This document shows, one piece after another, positions 48,786-58,196 of a stretch of DNA of 64,000 nucleotides (position 1 is its first letter; each line of letters opens with the position of its first letter). Location of the stretch: assembly GCA_964547225.1 (NCBI GenBank), contig CAZJMV010000212.1, forward strand, positions 80,465 to 144,464, given 5' to 3'. A program made the position numbers and the translations under genes. The notes beneath the pieces were generated by a model. It was not told the DNA's origin. It did no database searches and saw only the letters and a list, made by a program, of their open reading frames with translations. Origin of the DNA: an uncultured Anaerolineaceae bacterium (lineage in GTDB: Bacteria; Chloroflexota; Anaerolineae; Anaerolineales; UBA4823).

Positions 48786-50063
48786 CTATCGCCTCAAGTT
48801 TCCATGAACATCCTTCTGGATTAGACCATTCTGATCAATGACCTGCTTGTAAAGTGTAGACATTTTTTGAGCAATGATCTCCCAAGAATAGGATTGCGCT
48901 TCTGCAAATGCGTTCAGACCCATTTTTCGTTGCAAATCAGGATCTCGCAACAGGAGGCTCAATCTATCAGCTAATAACTCTGGATTGTTGACTGGAACCG
49001 TATATCCTGTTTCGCCATCCTTCACTAAAAAGGCTAACCCACCCACTTGTGAAGCAACCACTGGTGCCCCACATGCCATTGCCTCTAGCGCGACCATCCC
49101 AAATGACTCATAATGCGAAGGTACAACAACTGCTTCCGCAGCGGAATAATAATAAGGTAAGGTGTCCTGAGCGCGTTTTCCCAAGAAACCAACCTGATCC
49201 GATAAAACATTTTCTTCTCGAATAGCTTTCAAACGAGCCATCTCAGCACTTTGTACTTCTGGATTTAGGTCTGGGTCACCACCGATGATGGATAAGCAAA
49301 TCTCTAATCCTTGGTCTCGCAGCAAGGCTATTGCTTTCATCAATGTATCGATGCCTTTCAAAGGTTCAATCCGTCCCACAAAAAGTAAGACTCTTTGACA
49401 AGGGTTAACGCCGATGAACTCTTTCGCTTCATCAGGAGGGATTGGGTAAAATCGGCTTAAATCAACTCCCGGTGGAATCACTACTATCTTTTCGGTTGCA
49501 GCACCATAAAGCCATTGAAGTTGAGCGTATTCTGCCTGTGTAGCAGCAATGATTCGATCGGCAATATTTAATACCTCTCGCTCTCCATCTAAACGGTATT
49601 GACCTTCGATTTCTTCTGCATTCCTAGCGACTCTCTGCTTCATCACACCTAGCGTATGGTACATATGAATGATCGGAATATTCCAATCCTTTTTCAATTC
49701 CTTCGCTGCAATACCTGACATCCAATAATGACTATGAATCAAATCATAATTCAGACCTTTGGTGGATGTAAATTCTTGTATGCCATTAACAAATTCGGGA
49801 AGATACTCAGCCAATTCCTGTTTGGGTAAAGGTACTTCTGGGCCTGAACGCACATGCACAACACGATTGCCATAACCAAGATCGTGCAAGACATGCGGAG
49901 CATGTTCATCTTGAGAGCGAGTATACACATCAACATGCACTCCTAAAGGGCCTAAATGACGAACTAATTCTCGCACATAGACATTCATGCCACCAGTATC
50001 CTTGCCCCCTAAGATCGCAATCGGACACGTATGATAAGAAAGCATCGCAACTCGCAATTTCAC
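48786..50063 (-). CDS. GT4 family glycosyltransferase, MshA-like
   Basis: N-terminus 'RVAMLSYHTCPIAILGGKDTGGMNVYVRELVRHL' resembles MshA / retaining GT-B enzymes. 'GRIEPLKGID' and the EX7E motif 'ESFGMVALEAMACG' are present. GTG start. Confidence 0.85.
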   Translation of the reverse strand: MKLRVAMLSYHTCPIAILGGKDTGGMNVYVRELVRHLGPLGVHVDVYTRSQDEHAPHVLHDLGYGNRVVHVRSGPEVPLPKQELAEYLPEFVNGIQEFTSTKGLNYDLIHSHYWMSGIAAKELKKDWNIPIIHMYHTLGVMKQRVARNAEEIEGQYRLDGEREVLNIADRIIAATQAEYAQLQWLYGAATEKIVVIPPGVDLSRFYPIPPDEAKEFIGVNPCQRVLLFVGRIEPLKGIDTLMKAIALLRDQGLEICLSIIGGDPDLNPEVQSAEMARLKAIREENVLSDQVGFLGKRAQDTLPYYYSAAEAVVVPSHYESFGMVALEAMACGAPVVASQVGGLAFLVKDGETGYTVPVNNPELLADRLSLLLRDPDLQRKMGLNAFAEAQSYSWEIIAQKMSTLYKQVIDQNGLIQKDVHGNLRR

Positions 50064-50066
50064 ACC

Positions 50067-50095
50067 TTGCCTTTCAAGCTTTTCCCCTGTATAAT
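50067..50095 (+). promoter_or_regulatory. sigma-70 type promoter for tRNA-Thr (and possibly udk)
   Basis: TTGCCT (50067-50072), a 17-nt spacer, then TATAAT (50090-50095). Confidence 0.5.
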
Positions 50096-50127
50096 CGCAT
50101 CGAAATAAATTTCATTACCTTACTCCT

Positions 50128-50200
50128 GCCACCGTAGCTCAGTTGGTAGAGCAGACGATTCGTAATCGTCAGGTCAAGGGTTCGAATCCCTTCGGTGGCT
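50128..50200 (+). tRNA. tRNA-Thr (anticodon CGU)
   Basis: Acceptor GCCACCG/CGGTGGC, D-arm GCTC-AGTTGGTA-GAGC, anticodon stem GACGA/TCGTC with loop TTCGTAA, T-arm AAGGG-TTCGAAT-CCCTT. Confidence 0.9.
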
Positions 50201-50274
50201 CTCACATGAGCGCAATTTTGCGCTTTTTATTTTATTCTTCACCCAAATTCTCGCCTATCCAGTATAATTCCAAT

Positions 50275-50913
50275 ATGCATACTCGCGCAACCCCCTTAGT
50301 CATCGGAATCGCAGGAGGTTCCGGATCAGGGAAAACAACGCTGGCAGAAATTATTCTCGACCGAGTCGGTAGAGAGCGAATCGCCTACTTACCCCATGAC
50401 GCTTACTATAAAGATCTAAGCCATCTCAATGCCGCTAAGAGAATGTCGGTAAACTTTGATCACCCGGATTCTCTTGAGACGGAGCTGCTTGTCGAACATA
50501 TCCTGGCATTGAAAAAAGGTCAAACGATTGAAATGCCAGTTTACGACTTTAAAACCCATACCCGCAGTAGCGAAACAATCAGCACCGTACCTCATCAAGT
50601 CATCATGGTTGAGGGGATATTGATCTTCGCAGATCGAATGTTGAGGGAAGTCATGGATGTCAAGGTTTTTGTAGACACCGATCCTGATATTCGTTTCATC
50701 CGCCGTCTAGAGCGAGATATTCAAGAACGCGGACGAACTATGGAAACCGTGGTAAACCAATACCTGACTACCGTACGTCCAATGCACCTCGAATTTGTCG
50801 AACAATCCAAACGATATGCCGATGTAATCGTTCCTGAGGGTGGTTTGAATGCTGTTGCTATGGAAATGGTCGTTGCCCGATTACAATCATTGCTAAAGGA
50901 TGAAGACCAATAA
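50275..50913 (+). CDS. udk: uridine kinase
   Basis: P-loop 'IGIAGGSGSGKTT', 'NFDHPDS', 'IMVEGIL' and 'RRLERD'. The ORF track start at 50143 lies inside the tRNA-Thr gene, so the Met of 'MHTRATP' at 50275 is used. Confidence 0.9.
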   Translation: MHTRATPLVIGIAGGSGSGKTTLAEIILDRVGRERIAYLPHDAYYKDLSHLNAAKRMSVNFDHPDSLETELLVEHILALKKGQTIEMPVYDFKTHTRSSETISTVPHQVIMVEGILIFADRMLREVMDVKVFVDTDPDIRFIRRLERDIQERGRTMETVVNQYLTTVRPMHLEFVEQSKRYADVIVPEGGLNAVAMEMVVARLQSLLKDEDQ

Positions 50914-50977
50914 AAACAAATCAAGGTAAATATCAGAATCTTGAAACAATAAATAGACATTAGTGAAAGGAAAAAGT

Positions 50978-51493
50978 ATGACCAATAATATGCAGTGGAC
51001 AACCCCTCCCAACATGGAAATTGACCCCGAAAAAGAATATTACGCAATCATTAATACCGATAAAGGTACAATGAAATTAAAACTATTTAGCGATAAAGTT
51101 CCTAATACAGTGAATAACTTTGTATTTCTTTGCCGGCAAGGATTTTATGATGACACGGTCTTCCACCGAGTGATCACCGATTTTATGGCTCAAGCAGGAG
51201 ACCCAACTGGCACTGGACGAGGTGGTCCTGGTTATAAATTCGCGGATGAATTTCACCCCAAACTTCGCCATAACAAACCTGGCATCCTTTCCATGGCAAA
51301 CGCAGGACCAAACACAAATGGATCTCAATTCTTTATCACCCATGTGCCGACCCCCTGGTTGGATGATAAACACAGTGTTTTTGGTGAAATCACCGAAGGT
51401 GAAGATGTGCTATTCGCTATTCCTGAACGAGATCCCATGAGACCAGAAAACCATGGTATAAAAATCAAATCAATAGAAATCGTAGAAGTATAG
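50978..51493 (+). CDS. ppiB: peptidylprolyl isomerase, cyclophilin type
   Basis: '[15 protein letters not shown]', '[18 protein letters not shown]', 'HSVFGEI'. The ATG at 50978 follows an aggaaaaag SD. Confidence 0.9.
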   Translation: MTNNMQWTTPPNMEIDPEKEYYAIINTDKGTMKLKLFSDKVPNTVNNFVFLCRQGFYDDTVFHRVITDFMAQAGDPTGTGRGGPGYKFADEFHPKLRHNKPGILSMANAGPNTNGSQFFITHVPTPWLDDKHSVFGEITEGEDVLFAIPERDPMRPENHGIKIKSIEIVEV

Positions 51494-51514
51494 GATTTTC
51501 CTTCTAGCATTCAA

Positions 51515-52069
51515 ATGTTATCATCAAAACGCAAATTAGCCATTGCTCGTATCTTAGCGTTAGTGATCGTCATCGCGATTAGTATTTATATCTATTCCAT
51601 TCGAGATCAAGCAGAACAATTAGCAAAATATGGATATCCGGGAATTTTTCTGCTCTCCATCCTTGCAAATGCAACAGTATTGTTACCCGCTCCGGGTGTC
51701 CTTTTTGTGTTTGCGATGGGCGCTGTTTTTGATCCTTTTTGGGTAGCTATCGCATCAGGAGCAGGAGCTGCCTTGGGAGAATTGTCCGGTTATCTAGCTG
51801 GCTTTAGTGGTCAAGCGGTTGTGGAAAATAAGGACTATTACGAACGCCTGCGTAACTGGATGGAAACTCACCGAAAACTAAGTGATATCGCGATCACTGT
51901 TTTGGCATTTATACCCAACCCATTATTTGATCTGGCGGGTATGGCAGCGGGGACACTGAAAATCCATCTTATCCGGTTCTTGTTTTTTTGTTTAATTGGC
52001 AAGATCTTAAAAATGATGATGTTTTCATATGCAGGATCTTCATCGATCAATAGATTGTTTAGTCAGTAA
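51515..52069 (+). CDS. DedA/VTT (SNARE-associated) family membrane protein
   Basis: Four to five TM helices with 'LLPAPGVLFVFAMG' and 'GELSGYLAG', typical of VTT domains. Confidence 0.7.
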   Translation: MLSSKRKLAIARILALVIVIAISIYIYSIRDQAEQLAKYGYPGIFLLSILANATVLLPAPGVLFVFAMGAVFDPFWVAIASGAGAALGELSGYLAGFSGQAVVENKDYYERLRNWMETHRKLSDIAITVLAFIPNPLFDLAGMAAGTLKIHLIRFLFFCLIGKILKMMMFSYAGSSSINRLFSQ

Positions 52070-52087
52070 ACCAACAAGGAAAGAATC

Positions 52088-53446
52088 ATGAAAGATTATT
52101 CAAAGACAGATAAATATCTTGATGAGAACCTCGATATAAATATTGAGGAATTATCTCAATTAGTGGCTCAACCAAGTGTATCGGCGCAGAATCTGGGATT
52201 ACAAGAATGTGCCGCCATGGTAGCGAGCATGCTCGAGAAGCGCGGCTTCCAAGTAGAAGTCATGCCTACCGAAGGCGCTCCTGTTGTATTAGCAGAACGA
52301 TCAGGACGCAGTGATAAAACACTCCTAATCTATAATCACTATGATGTTCAACCACCTGAACCGTTAGAATTATGGAATTCGCCACCTTTTGAGCCAACCT
52401 TGAGGGATGGTAAGCTTTTTGGACGCGGGGTAAGCGATGATAAAGGGCAATTAGTTGCTCGCCTTTTCGCGATCGATGCCATTTTAGATGCTGATGGTGA
52501 GTTACCTTGTAATGTGAAATTCATCATCGAAGGTGAAGAGGAAACGAGCAGCATTCATTTACATGATTTCATTGAACAGAATGCTGATCGTCTGCAGGCA
52601 GATGCTTGTATTTGGGAATTTGGTGGTGTCGACCACAGAGAAGTTCCGATGCAATATCTAGGTTTGAGAGGGATTTGTTATGTTGAACTTTCAGCAGAAA
52701 CCGCCAAAACGGATACTCATTCGGGAACTGGAGGATCAATCTTTCCCAACGCAGCTTGGCGGTTGGTTTGGGCATTGAATAGTCTTAAGACACCTGATGA
52801 ACATATTCTGATCCCAGGATTCTATGACTCCGTCGAGGAACCAAGCCAGCGCGACCTTGAATTCATGGAAGCATTACCTGAGGTTTCGGAAGAATACAAA
52901 GAACGCTATGGTATAAAAAAATTCACCAAAGGATTAACCGGTGGAATTGAATTACAAATTGCAAGCGTCTTTGAACCAACTTGTACAATATGCGGATTAA
53001 CTTCGGGTTACCAAGGACCCGGATCGAAAACAGTTCTTCCTGCAAATGCATCCGCTAAAGTTGACTTTCGATTAGTGCCGAACCAAACACCACAAGAAGT
53101 CCTCAAACAACTGCGCGAGCATCTCGATAATCAAGGATTCTCGGATATACAGATTAAGTATTTGGGAGGCGAACCTCCAGCAAGGACTGATCCCGATGAT
53201 CCTTTTGTAAAGATGGTTGTTGAAACTGCTGAGCCAGTATTTGGTCAACCAATGCAAATTGTCCCCATGATTGGTGGGTCAGGTCCAAATTATCCCTTTA
53301 TCCATTTATTAAATCTGCCGGTTGTTACTGCTGGATCAGGCTACCCCGGAAGCCTTGCCCATGCGCCAAACGAAAATATTCGCTTGGATTTACATCTAAA
53401 ACATGCCAAACATATGGTAAGAATTCTTGGGGAATTTGGAAATTAG
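52088..53446 (+). CDS. M20 family metallopeptidase (dipeptidase/deacylase type)
   Basis: 'IYNHYDVQP', 'GRGVSDDKG', 'IIEGEEET', C-terminal 'AHAPNE'. Confidence 0.85.
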   Translation: MKDYSKTDKYLDENLDINIEELSQLVAQPSVSAQNLGLQECAAMVASMLEKRGFQVEVMPTEGAPVVLAERSGRSDKTLLIYNHYDVQPPEPLELWNSPPFEPTLRDGKLFGRGVSDDKGQLVARLFAIDAILDADGELPCNVKFIIEGEEETSSIHLHDFIEQNADRLQADACIWEFGGVDHREVPMQYLGLRGICYVELSAETAKTDTHSGTGGSIFPNAAWRLVWALNSLKTPDEHILIPGFYDSVEEPSQRDLEFMEALPEVSEEYKERYGIKKFTKGLTGGIELQIASVFEPTCTICGLTSGYQGPGSKTVLPANASAKVDFRLVPNQTPQEVLKQLREHLDNQGFSDIQIKYLGGEPPARTDPDDPFVKMVVETAEPVFGQPMQIVPMIGGSGPNYPFIHLLNLPVVTAGSGYPGSLAHAPNENIRLDLHLKHAKHMVRILGEFGN

Positions 53447-53462
53447 AATATAATTATCGCAG

Positions 53463-53501
53463 TCCGGAGGATCAGGATATATCCCATCCTCCGGATTATT
53501 T
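53463..53501. terminator. stem-loop between convergent genes, probably a bidirectional terminator
   Basis: Perfect 10-bp stem tccggaggat / atcctccgga (53463-53472 and 53486-53495) with a T-rich 3' flank. Confidence 0.6.
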
Positions 53502-53512
53502 CATCTAGTGAT

Positions 53513-53968
53513 TCATTCACCAAGCGTATGCAAAAATGACACAATCTTCCAAATCTCTTGATCTGTCAATACTGCATCCCAAGAAGGCATAGCTGAATTA
53601 AACGGTTCTTGAATCCCCCCTTTCGCTATCCGCCAATATATATAATTATTTTTCACTTTTGGCACAACAATGTTTAAATTTGAAGGTGGAGGTTCTAATG
53701 ACTCCCCAATTGAACCATTCCCAAGCGCGGTATTTCCATGACATGCAGCACAATTATATTGAAAGAGCTCTTCACCCTGCAAAATCTCGAATTCTTGGGG
53801 ATCTTCAATTGGATTCTGAAGCTCAGCATATTCCGTTGGGAGGATCGATTCGGGGGAAAAATCACGATCGATAGTATTATTATCTACAAGGTGACATGCC
53901 GAGTTGAGCAATGCTAAGCTGACCAGGTAAAATATAAATAATTGCTTCTCGTAAAAAAGCTTCTTCAT
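53513..53968 (-). CDS. class I c-type cytochrome (monoheme), secreted or membrane-anchored
   Basis: Signal/anchor 'LFIFYLVSLALLNSAC', heme motif 'CAACHG', distal 'NSAMPSW' Met region. Confidence 0.8.
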   Translation of the reverse strand: MKKLFYEKQLFIFYLVSLALLNSACHLVDNNTIDRDFSPESILPTEYAELQNPIEDPQEFEILQGEELFQYNCAACHGNTALGNGSIGESLEPPPSNLNIVVPKVKNNYIYWRIAKGGIQEPFNSAMPSWDAVLTDQEIWKIVSFLHTLGE

Positions 53969-53983
53969 CCACACCTATTATGA

Positions 53984-54445
53984 TTATTGATTTAATTCAG
54001 CAAGAATTTCACTGCTATGATCCGCTGGTCGCACTTTTTCGAAGACAGATATGATCACACCGTTTTCATCGATAATGAATGTCGTTCGAAGTACTCCATA
54101 ATACTCTTTTCCTCGCATCTTTTTCTTTCCCCAGACACCATATAGTTCACAGACTTGATGATCAACATCTGATAAAAGCGTAAATGGAAGTTGAAACTTT
54201 TGTTTGAATTTGGTGTGTTTTTCGGGGGTATCCGGACTTACACCTAAAATAACAACTCCTCTTTCCAAATAATCACTATAGTCATCTCGGAAGCTACAGG
54301 CTTCTTTGGTACAACCAGGGGTATCGTCCTTAGGGTAGAAATACAAAACAATTGGTTTTCCGAAATAATCTGACAATTTCCTTTCCGTAGCTGTTTCATC
54401 CAACAGTTTGAAGTTTGGTGCTGGAATTCCCTTTGAGAGTGGCAT
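53984..54445 (-). CDS. bcp: thioredoxin-dependent peroxiredoxin Bcp
   Basis: 'YFYPKDDTPGCTKEACSFRD' with the peroxidatic and resolving Cys spaced as in Bcp/PrxQ. Confidence 0.9.
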   Translation of the reverse strand: MPLSKGIPAPNFKLLDETATERKLSDYFGKPIVLYFYPKDDTPGCTKEACSFRDDYSDYLERGVVILGVSPDTPEKHTKFKQKFQLPFTLLSDVDHQVCELYGVWGKKKMRGKEYYGVLRTTFIIDENGVIISVFEKVRPADHSSEILAELNQ

Positions 54446-54495
54446 AACAACCTCCTTATATTATTGACAAACGATTAGAATTTTATTAATTTAGA

Positions 54496-56523
54496 TCAGG
54501 TTTTTCCATTTACGTCCGCGACTAATTTTCCCATTTCAGAAATATCATAACCTGGCATTTGGGATACTTTTCTTTGAAATTCGCGATCATTGACCACATT
54601 CCAAAGTGGCTCTAATAAGGCATCTTGATAATACTTATCAGGCACAATCAGTTGATAACTTTCTTTGAAAAGGGGAATAAATTCAAGGTCTAAGGCATTC
54701 GCAGCAGCTTGAATGCCTAGACCACAATCAGCGCGTCCAGAAGTGATTGCGGCTGCGACAGAAAGATGAGTATATTCTTCCTGGCTATAGCCAATAATTT
54801 GATCTTGAGATATCCCCAATAAACCCAAATGATAATCTAACAAGACACGTGTTCCAGCGCCGCGTTGACGATTAACATAGCGAACATCATCTCGAATAAG
54901 ATCATCCAAAGCAAAAATACCTTTAGGGTTTCCTTTTGGTACCATCAAACCCTGTGTCCTACCCACAAAAGCGATAACTTTTACAGGGACTTCTGATAAA
55001 TACCGATGGATATAAGACAGATTATATTCACCTGTTTCAGGATCCAATAAATGTGAACCAGCAAAATGAGCTTCACCCCTCTTTAAAGCGACTAGCCCAC
55101 CCATACTCCCCACATTCGCAGAAGCAAGCCGTCGATTGTATCCCGATAGATATTGAGCAAGCAAATCAAGGATCACATCATGGGAACCGATCGCGAAAAT
55201 GGTGCGACGTAGGTCAGAAACAGGTCGATATAACTGTACATCAATCTCTGCGCCCGCAGGTAGTCCTTGTGTACCTCGAGGGAGAATAGCGATCCCATCT
55301 GCATTAACCAAGGAAGTGATTACCCCTGAACCACGCGATAGAGGAGCGGCTAACAGTTTATCCCCAACCCATCCTACAGCAACACGCATATAATCATCAT
55401 CTCCAGCAGGTGAGGTTACTTTTCGGGTTAAGGTCGCCTTTATTTTTGTCGATTCGCCTGGTTGCCGTCCCAGCCAAAGCGCAATGATCGGTTCAACAAA
55501 TATTTCTCCAGTTAAGGCAGCTGAAACCGGATAACCAGGTACTCCAATGATCAGAGTTTTCCCTTCCGAGGAGATTTGATCACTCTTTCCTTTAAGGTAC
55601 TGTTGCGCTTTTTGATGATCAATCAATCCAACAATAACTGGATGTCCTGGACGAACCGCAACGCCGTGAACCAATAATTCGCCAAGTGTTTCCACAATTG
55701 TGGCAGAATAATCTTCGGAACCGGCTGATGAACCAGCATTAAGTAAAATTAAATCGTTATTGATTGCAGCGTCAGAAACTCTTTGACATAATAAATCAAA
55801 ATCATCTGGGGTAATTTCATAACGCATTGCAGCGCCCCCCCATTCATTGATCTGTCCAGCTAGCACTTGAGAATTAAACTCAATAATATCCCCTTTTTTT
55901 ATCTCTTGTCCAATAGGGATTAATTCCGTACCCGTAGGTATGATCGCTACACGCGGTTTTCTTGAGACAAGGATATCTGAATGCCCACTCGCAGCAATAG
56001 CGCCCAGATCAACCGGTCTTAAGATATGACCTGCTGGCAATACGAGTTGCGTTGCCACCATATCTTCTCCCATCGGTCGGACATGGCTCCATGGTGTGAC
56101 CGATGCACGAATTCGTATCAGATCCGGTTTTCGCGGAGTTGTAGATGGAGACCCACTTGAATCAAATGGCTCTACATTCTCAACAGGAATGACTGCATTT
56201 GCCCAGTCAGGCAATGGATCACCGGTATCCACATAGGCAGCGAAAATAATCTCGCCACTACAATTCAAGCTTATGGGATTATTTAGTAAAGCGCCAGTTG
56301 TGTCTTCTGCTCTTACGGCGAAACCATCCATTGCCGAGGCGTGATAATGAGGAGATGATATCTTCGCCCAAACCGGTTTTGCGAGCACTCTACCTACTGC
56401 GAACTCGTTAAGATCTATTTGCTCAATTTCTAAGATACCAGCCTGCCCAATTTTTTCTAAAGCAGAGAATAATCTCTCTTTCGCAACATCTAAGGGGATA
56501 TCATGCAGATAAACGGACATCAT
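54496..56523 (-). CDS. moeA: molybdopterin molybdenumtransferase MoeA fused to a periplasmic-binding-protein-like domain
   Basis: N-terminal roughly 430 aa MoeA ('SAMDGFAVRAED', 'VAIIPTGTELI', 'LNAGSSAGSEDY'). The C-terminal roughly 240 aa resemble a PBP type-2 (molybdate/tungstate-binding-like) domain ('FAIGSHD...GSMGGLVALKRGEAHFAGSHL'). Confidence 0.85.
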   Translation of the reverse strand: MMSVYLHDIPLDVAKERLFSALEKIGQAGILEIEQIDLNEFAVGRVLAKPVWAKISSPHYHASAMDGFAVRAEDTTGALLNNPISLNCSGEIIFAAYVDTGDPLPDWANAVIPVENVEPFDSSGSPSTTPRKPDLIRIRASVTPWSHVRPMGEDMVATQLVLPAGHILRPVDLGAIAASGHSDILVSRKPRVAIIPTGTELIPIGQEIKKGDIIEFNSQVLAGQINEWGGAAMRYEITPDDFDLLCQRVSDAAINNDLILLNAGSSAGSEDYSATIVETLGELLVHGVAVRPGHPVIVGLIDHQKAQQYLKGKSDQISSEGKTLIIGVPGYPVSAALTGEIFVEPIIALWLGRQPGESTKIKATLTRKVTSPAGDDDYMRVAVGWVGDKLLAAPLSRGSGVITSLVNADGIAILPRGTQGLPAGAEIDVQLYRPVSDLRRTIFAIGSHDVILDLLAQYLSGYNRRLASANVGSMGGLVALKRGEAHFAGSHLLDPETGEYNLSYIHRYLSEVPVKVIAFVGRTQGLMVPKGNPKGIFALDDLIRDDVRYVNRQRGAGTRVLLDYHLGLLGISQDQIIGYSQEEYTHLSVAAAITSGRADCGLGIQAAANALDLEFIPLFKESYQLIVPDKYYQDALLEPLWNVVNDREFQRKVSQMPGYDISEMGKLVADVNGKT

Positions 56524-56911
56524 TTAACACCAAAAATCCTTCAGAAATTAGTACTTCAGTAGCACGCTCTAATACGATCTCTTTCACCAATACATAATCG
56601 GTATCATAAGTTGAGATCACGAAAATACTTACGCCAGCCTTAGCTAGAGGTGATGAGATCGCAGCTAATACACCTATGATAGAAAAATCTAAAGGCCCTT
56701 GAACCTTGATCACACGCCAACCAGATTCAGATTTAACTTCTGGCGGTATAAAACGCTCTTCGCATACCACACTCAACTCATCAGCAGTGCGAGTGTAGGA
56801 TATTATCTGTGAAGAATTTGCCCAATCCGGGAATGGATGATCTGGAGCTAATCTACAAATCGCAAAGCTATGGGGAAGAATGATTACAGGAATATCTTTT
56901 ACTTCGGTCAT
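56501..56911 (-). CDS. ACT domain-containing protein
   Basis: 136-aa protein. The C-terminal 'GPLDFSIIGVLAAISSPLAKAGVSIFVISTYDTDYVLV' fits an ACT fold. Overlaps both flanking moeA genes (4 nt and 23 nt). Confidence 0.65.
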   Translation of the reverse strand: MTEVKDIPVIILPHSFAICRLAPDHPFPDWANSSQIISYTRTADELSVVCEERFIPPEVKSESGWRVIKVQGPLDFSIIGVLAAISSPLAKAGVSIFVISTYDTDYVLVKEIVLERATEVLISEGFLVLNDVRLSA

Positions 56912-58140
56912 AATACGATTACATCCACCATTTCTCCAGTATCTAATCCTGTTTTATCGGGAGGAATGCGGATCAATCCATCCGCTCGTGAAAGTGTGAA
57001 TATTAAATTGCTTTTTCCAAAAATGGGTTCCGCGATATATCCTTTAGGTTCTGGGATCAATTTTACAGCTACCCAATCTTCACGCCCAGATTGTGAGGCA
57101 AGATTCAAGCTTATCTTCGCCGGAATGGATGGCGTTTGGATCTTATTTGTGACACCAACTATATATTCAACGACAGGTTTAACAAAGAGTGAAGCAATCA
57201 CCAACGCGCTCACAGGGTTCCCTGGTAAGCCGATCACAGGTATATCCTTACAGACCCCCAAAATGGTTGGCTTTCCAGGTCTTACATTAACCCCATGCAC
57301 CAAAACCCCTGGCTCTCCCAATTCATTAATCACTTGGGAAGTTAGATCTCGCGTACTTGCTGAAGAACCAGCTGTTATCACAACCAAGTCCATCTCTTTG
57401 AGCGCCCTTTCTACAACCTCTCTCAAGGAATCCATCTGATCAGAGACGATCCCATAACGCTTAGGAATACCACCTGAGTTTTGAATTAGGGCGCTAAGAC
57501 TGTAAGAGTTGACATCACGTACTTGTCCAATTTTTATTTCGCATCCAGGAGCAACAACCTCATCACCACTAGAAATGATCCCAACAAATGGCTGTTTGAC
57601 TACTTGGAGTTTTAATATACCAAGAGCCATCAATCCCCCAATTTCCGCTGGACGAATGGTTTTTCCAATTGGAATCACTTCTTCATTGATGGAGACATCT
57701 TCTCCTTTTTGGATCATATTTTCCCCAATCGCGACAGCCCGCAAAATCTCTACCTCGTCGTCTCCAACTCCCTGTGTATTTTCAACCATCACAACGGCAT
57801 CTGCACCAATCGGTAACATTCCGCCGGTATGAATAAGCGCACAATCAGCCCCGTCTAATTCAAAGGATGGCTCAGTCCCCATAGGGACTTCCCCAACCAC
57901 GCGAAGATAAATTGGCAAAGATTCACTGGCGCCGAAAGTATCTGAAGCTCGCACGGCAAATCCATCCACTGTCGATCTCGGGAATGGTGGAAGAGAATGA
58001 GGCGCGATAACTGGTAAAGCCGTTACGCGACCTAACGCTTGTTCTGTCTTAATCACTTCAAATCGTGCTTTTAAATGAATATGCCTTAATAATTTTTCTA
58101 ATGCTTCTAAGGGGGGCAGTAATTCCAAAAACTCAGGCAT
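56908..58140 (-). CDS. moeA: molybdopterin molybdenumtransferase MoeA
   Basis: 'FPRSTVDGFAVRASD', 'VGIISSGDEVV', 'VITAGSSASTRD', 'VRPGKPT'. About 410 aa, canonical size. Confidence 0.9.
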   Translation of the reverse strand: MPEFLELLPPLEALEKLLRHIHLKARFEVIKTEQALGRVTALPVIAPHSLPPFPRSTVDGFAVRASDTFGASESLPIYLRVVGEVPMGTEPSFELDGADCALIHTGGMLPIGADAVVMVENTQGVGDDEVEILRAVAIGENMIQKGEDVSINEEVIPIGKTIRPAEIGGLMALGILKLQVVKQPFVGIISSGDEVVAPGCEIKIGQVRDVNSYSLSALIQNSGGIPKRYGIVSDQMDSLREVVERALKEMDLVVITAGSSASTRDLTSQVINELGEPGVLVHGVNVRPGKPTILGVCKDIPVIGLPGNPVSALVIASLFVKPVVEYIVGVTNKIQTPSIPAKISLNLASQSGREDWVAVKLIPEPKGYIAEPIFGKSNLIFTLSRADGLIRIPPDKTGLDTGEMVDVIVL

Positions 58141-58196
58141 CTAATAATGACCAATAATTCCTTTCTAATAATCTCTCTGATTTTACTCTGAATATC

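Noticed and set aside
50143-50274. The ORF track extends the uridine kinase ORF upstream to 50143.
   Set aside because: That extension runs through the tRNA-Thr gene (50128-50200). The P-loop N-terminus fits the Met at 50275.
56870-57439. 189-aa plus-strand ORF, the longest unexplained ORF in the track. Similar antisense ORFs occur at 57509-57832, 38730-39110, 10890-11234 and 36451-36765.
   Set aside because: All are fully antisense to strongly supported genes (moeA, MBL hydrolase, acyltransferase, ABC ATPase). Their translations are low-complexity and carry no motifs.
58141-58196. Moco riboswitch upstream of the moeA cluster.
   Set aside because: The gap is only 56 nt, directly after the UbiA-family gene stop, which is too short for the roughly 130-nt Moco motif. 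No conserved motif elements were seen.
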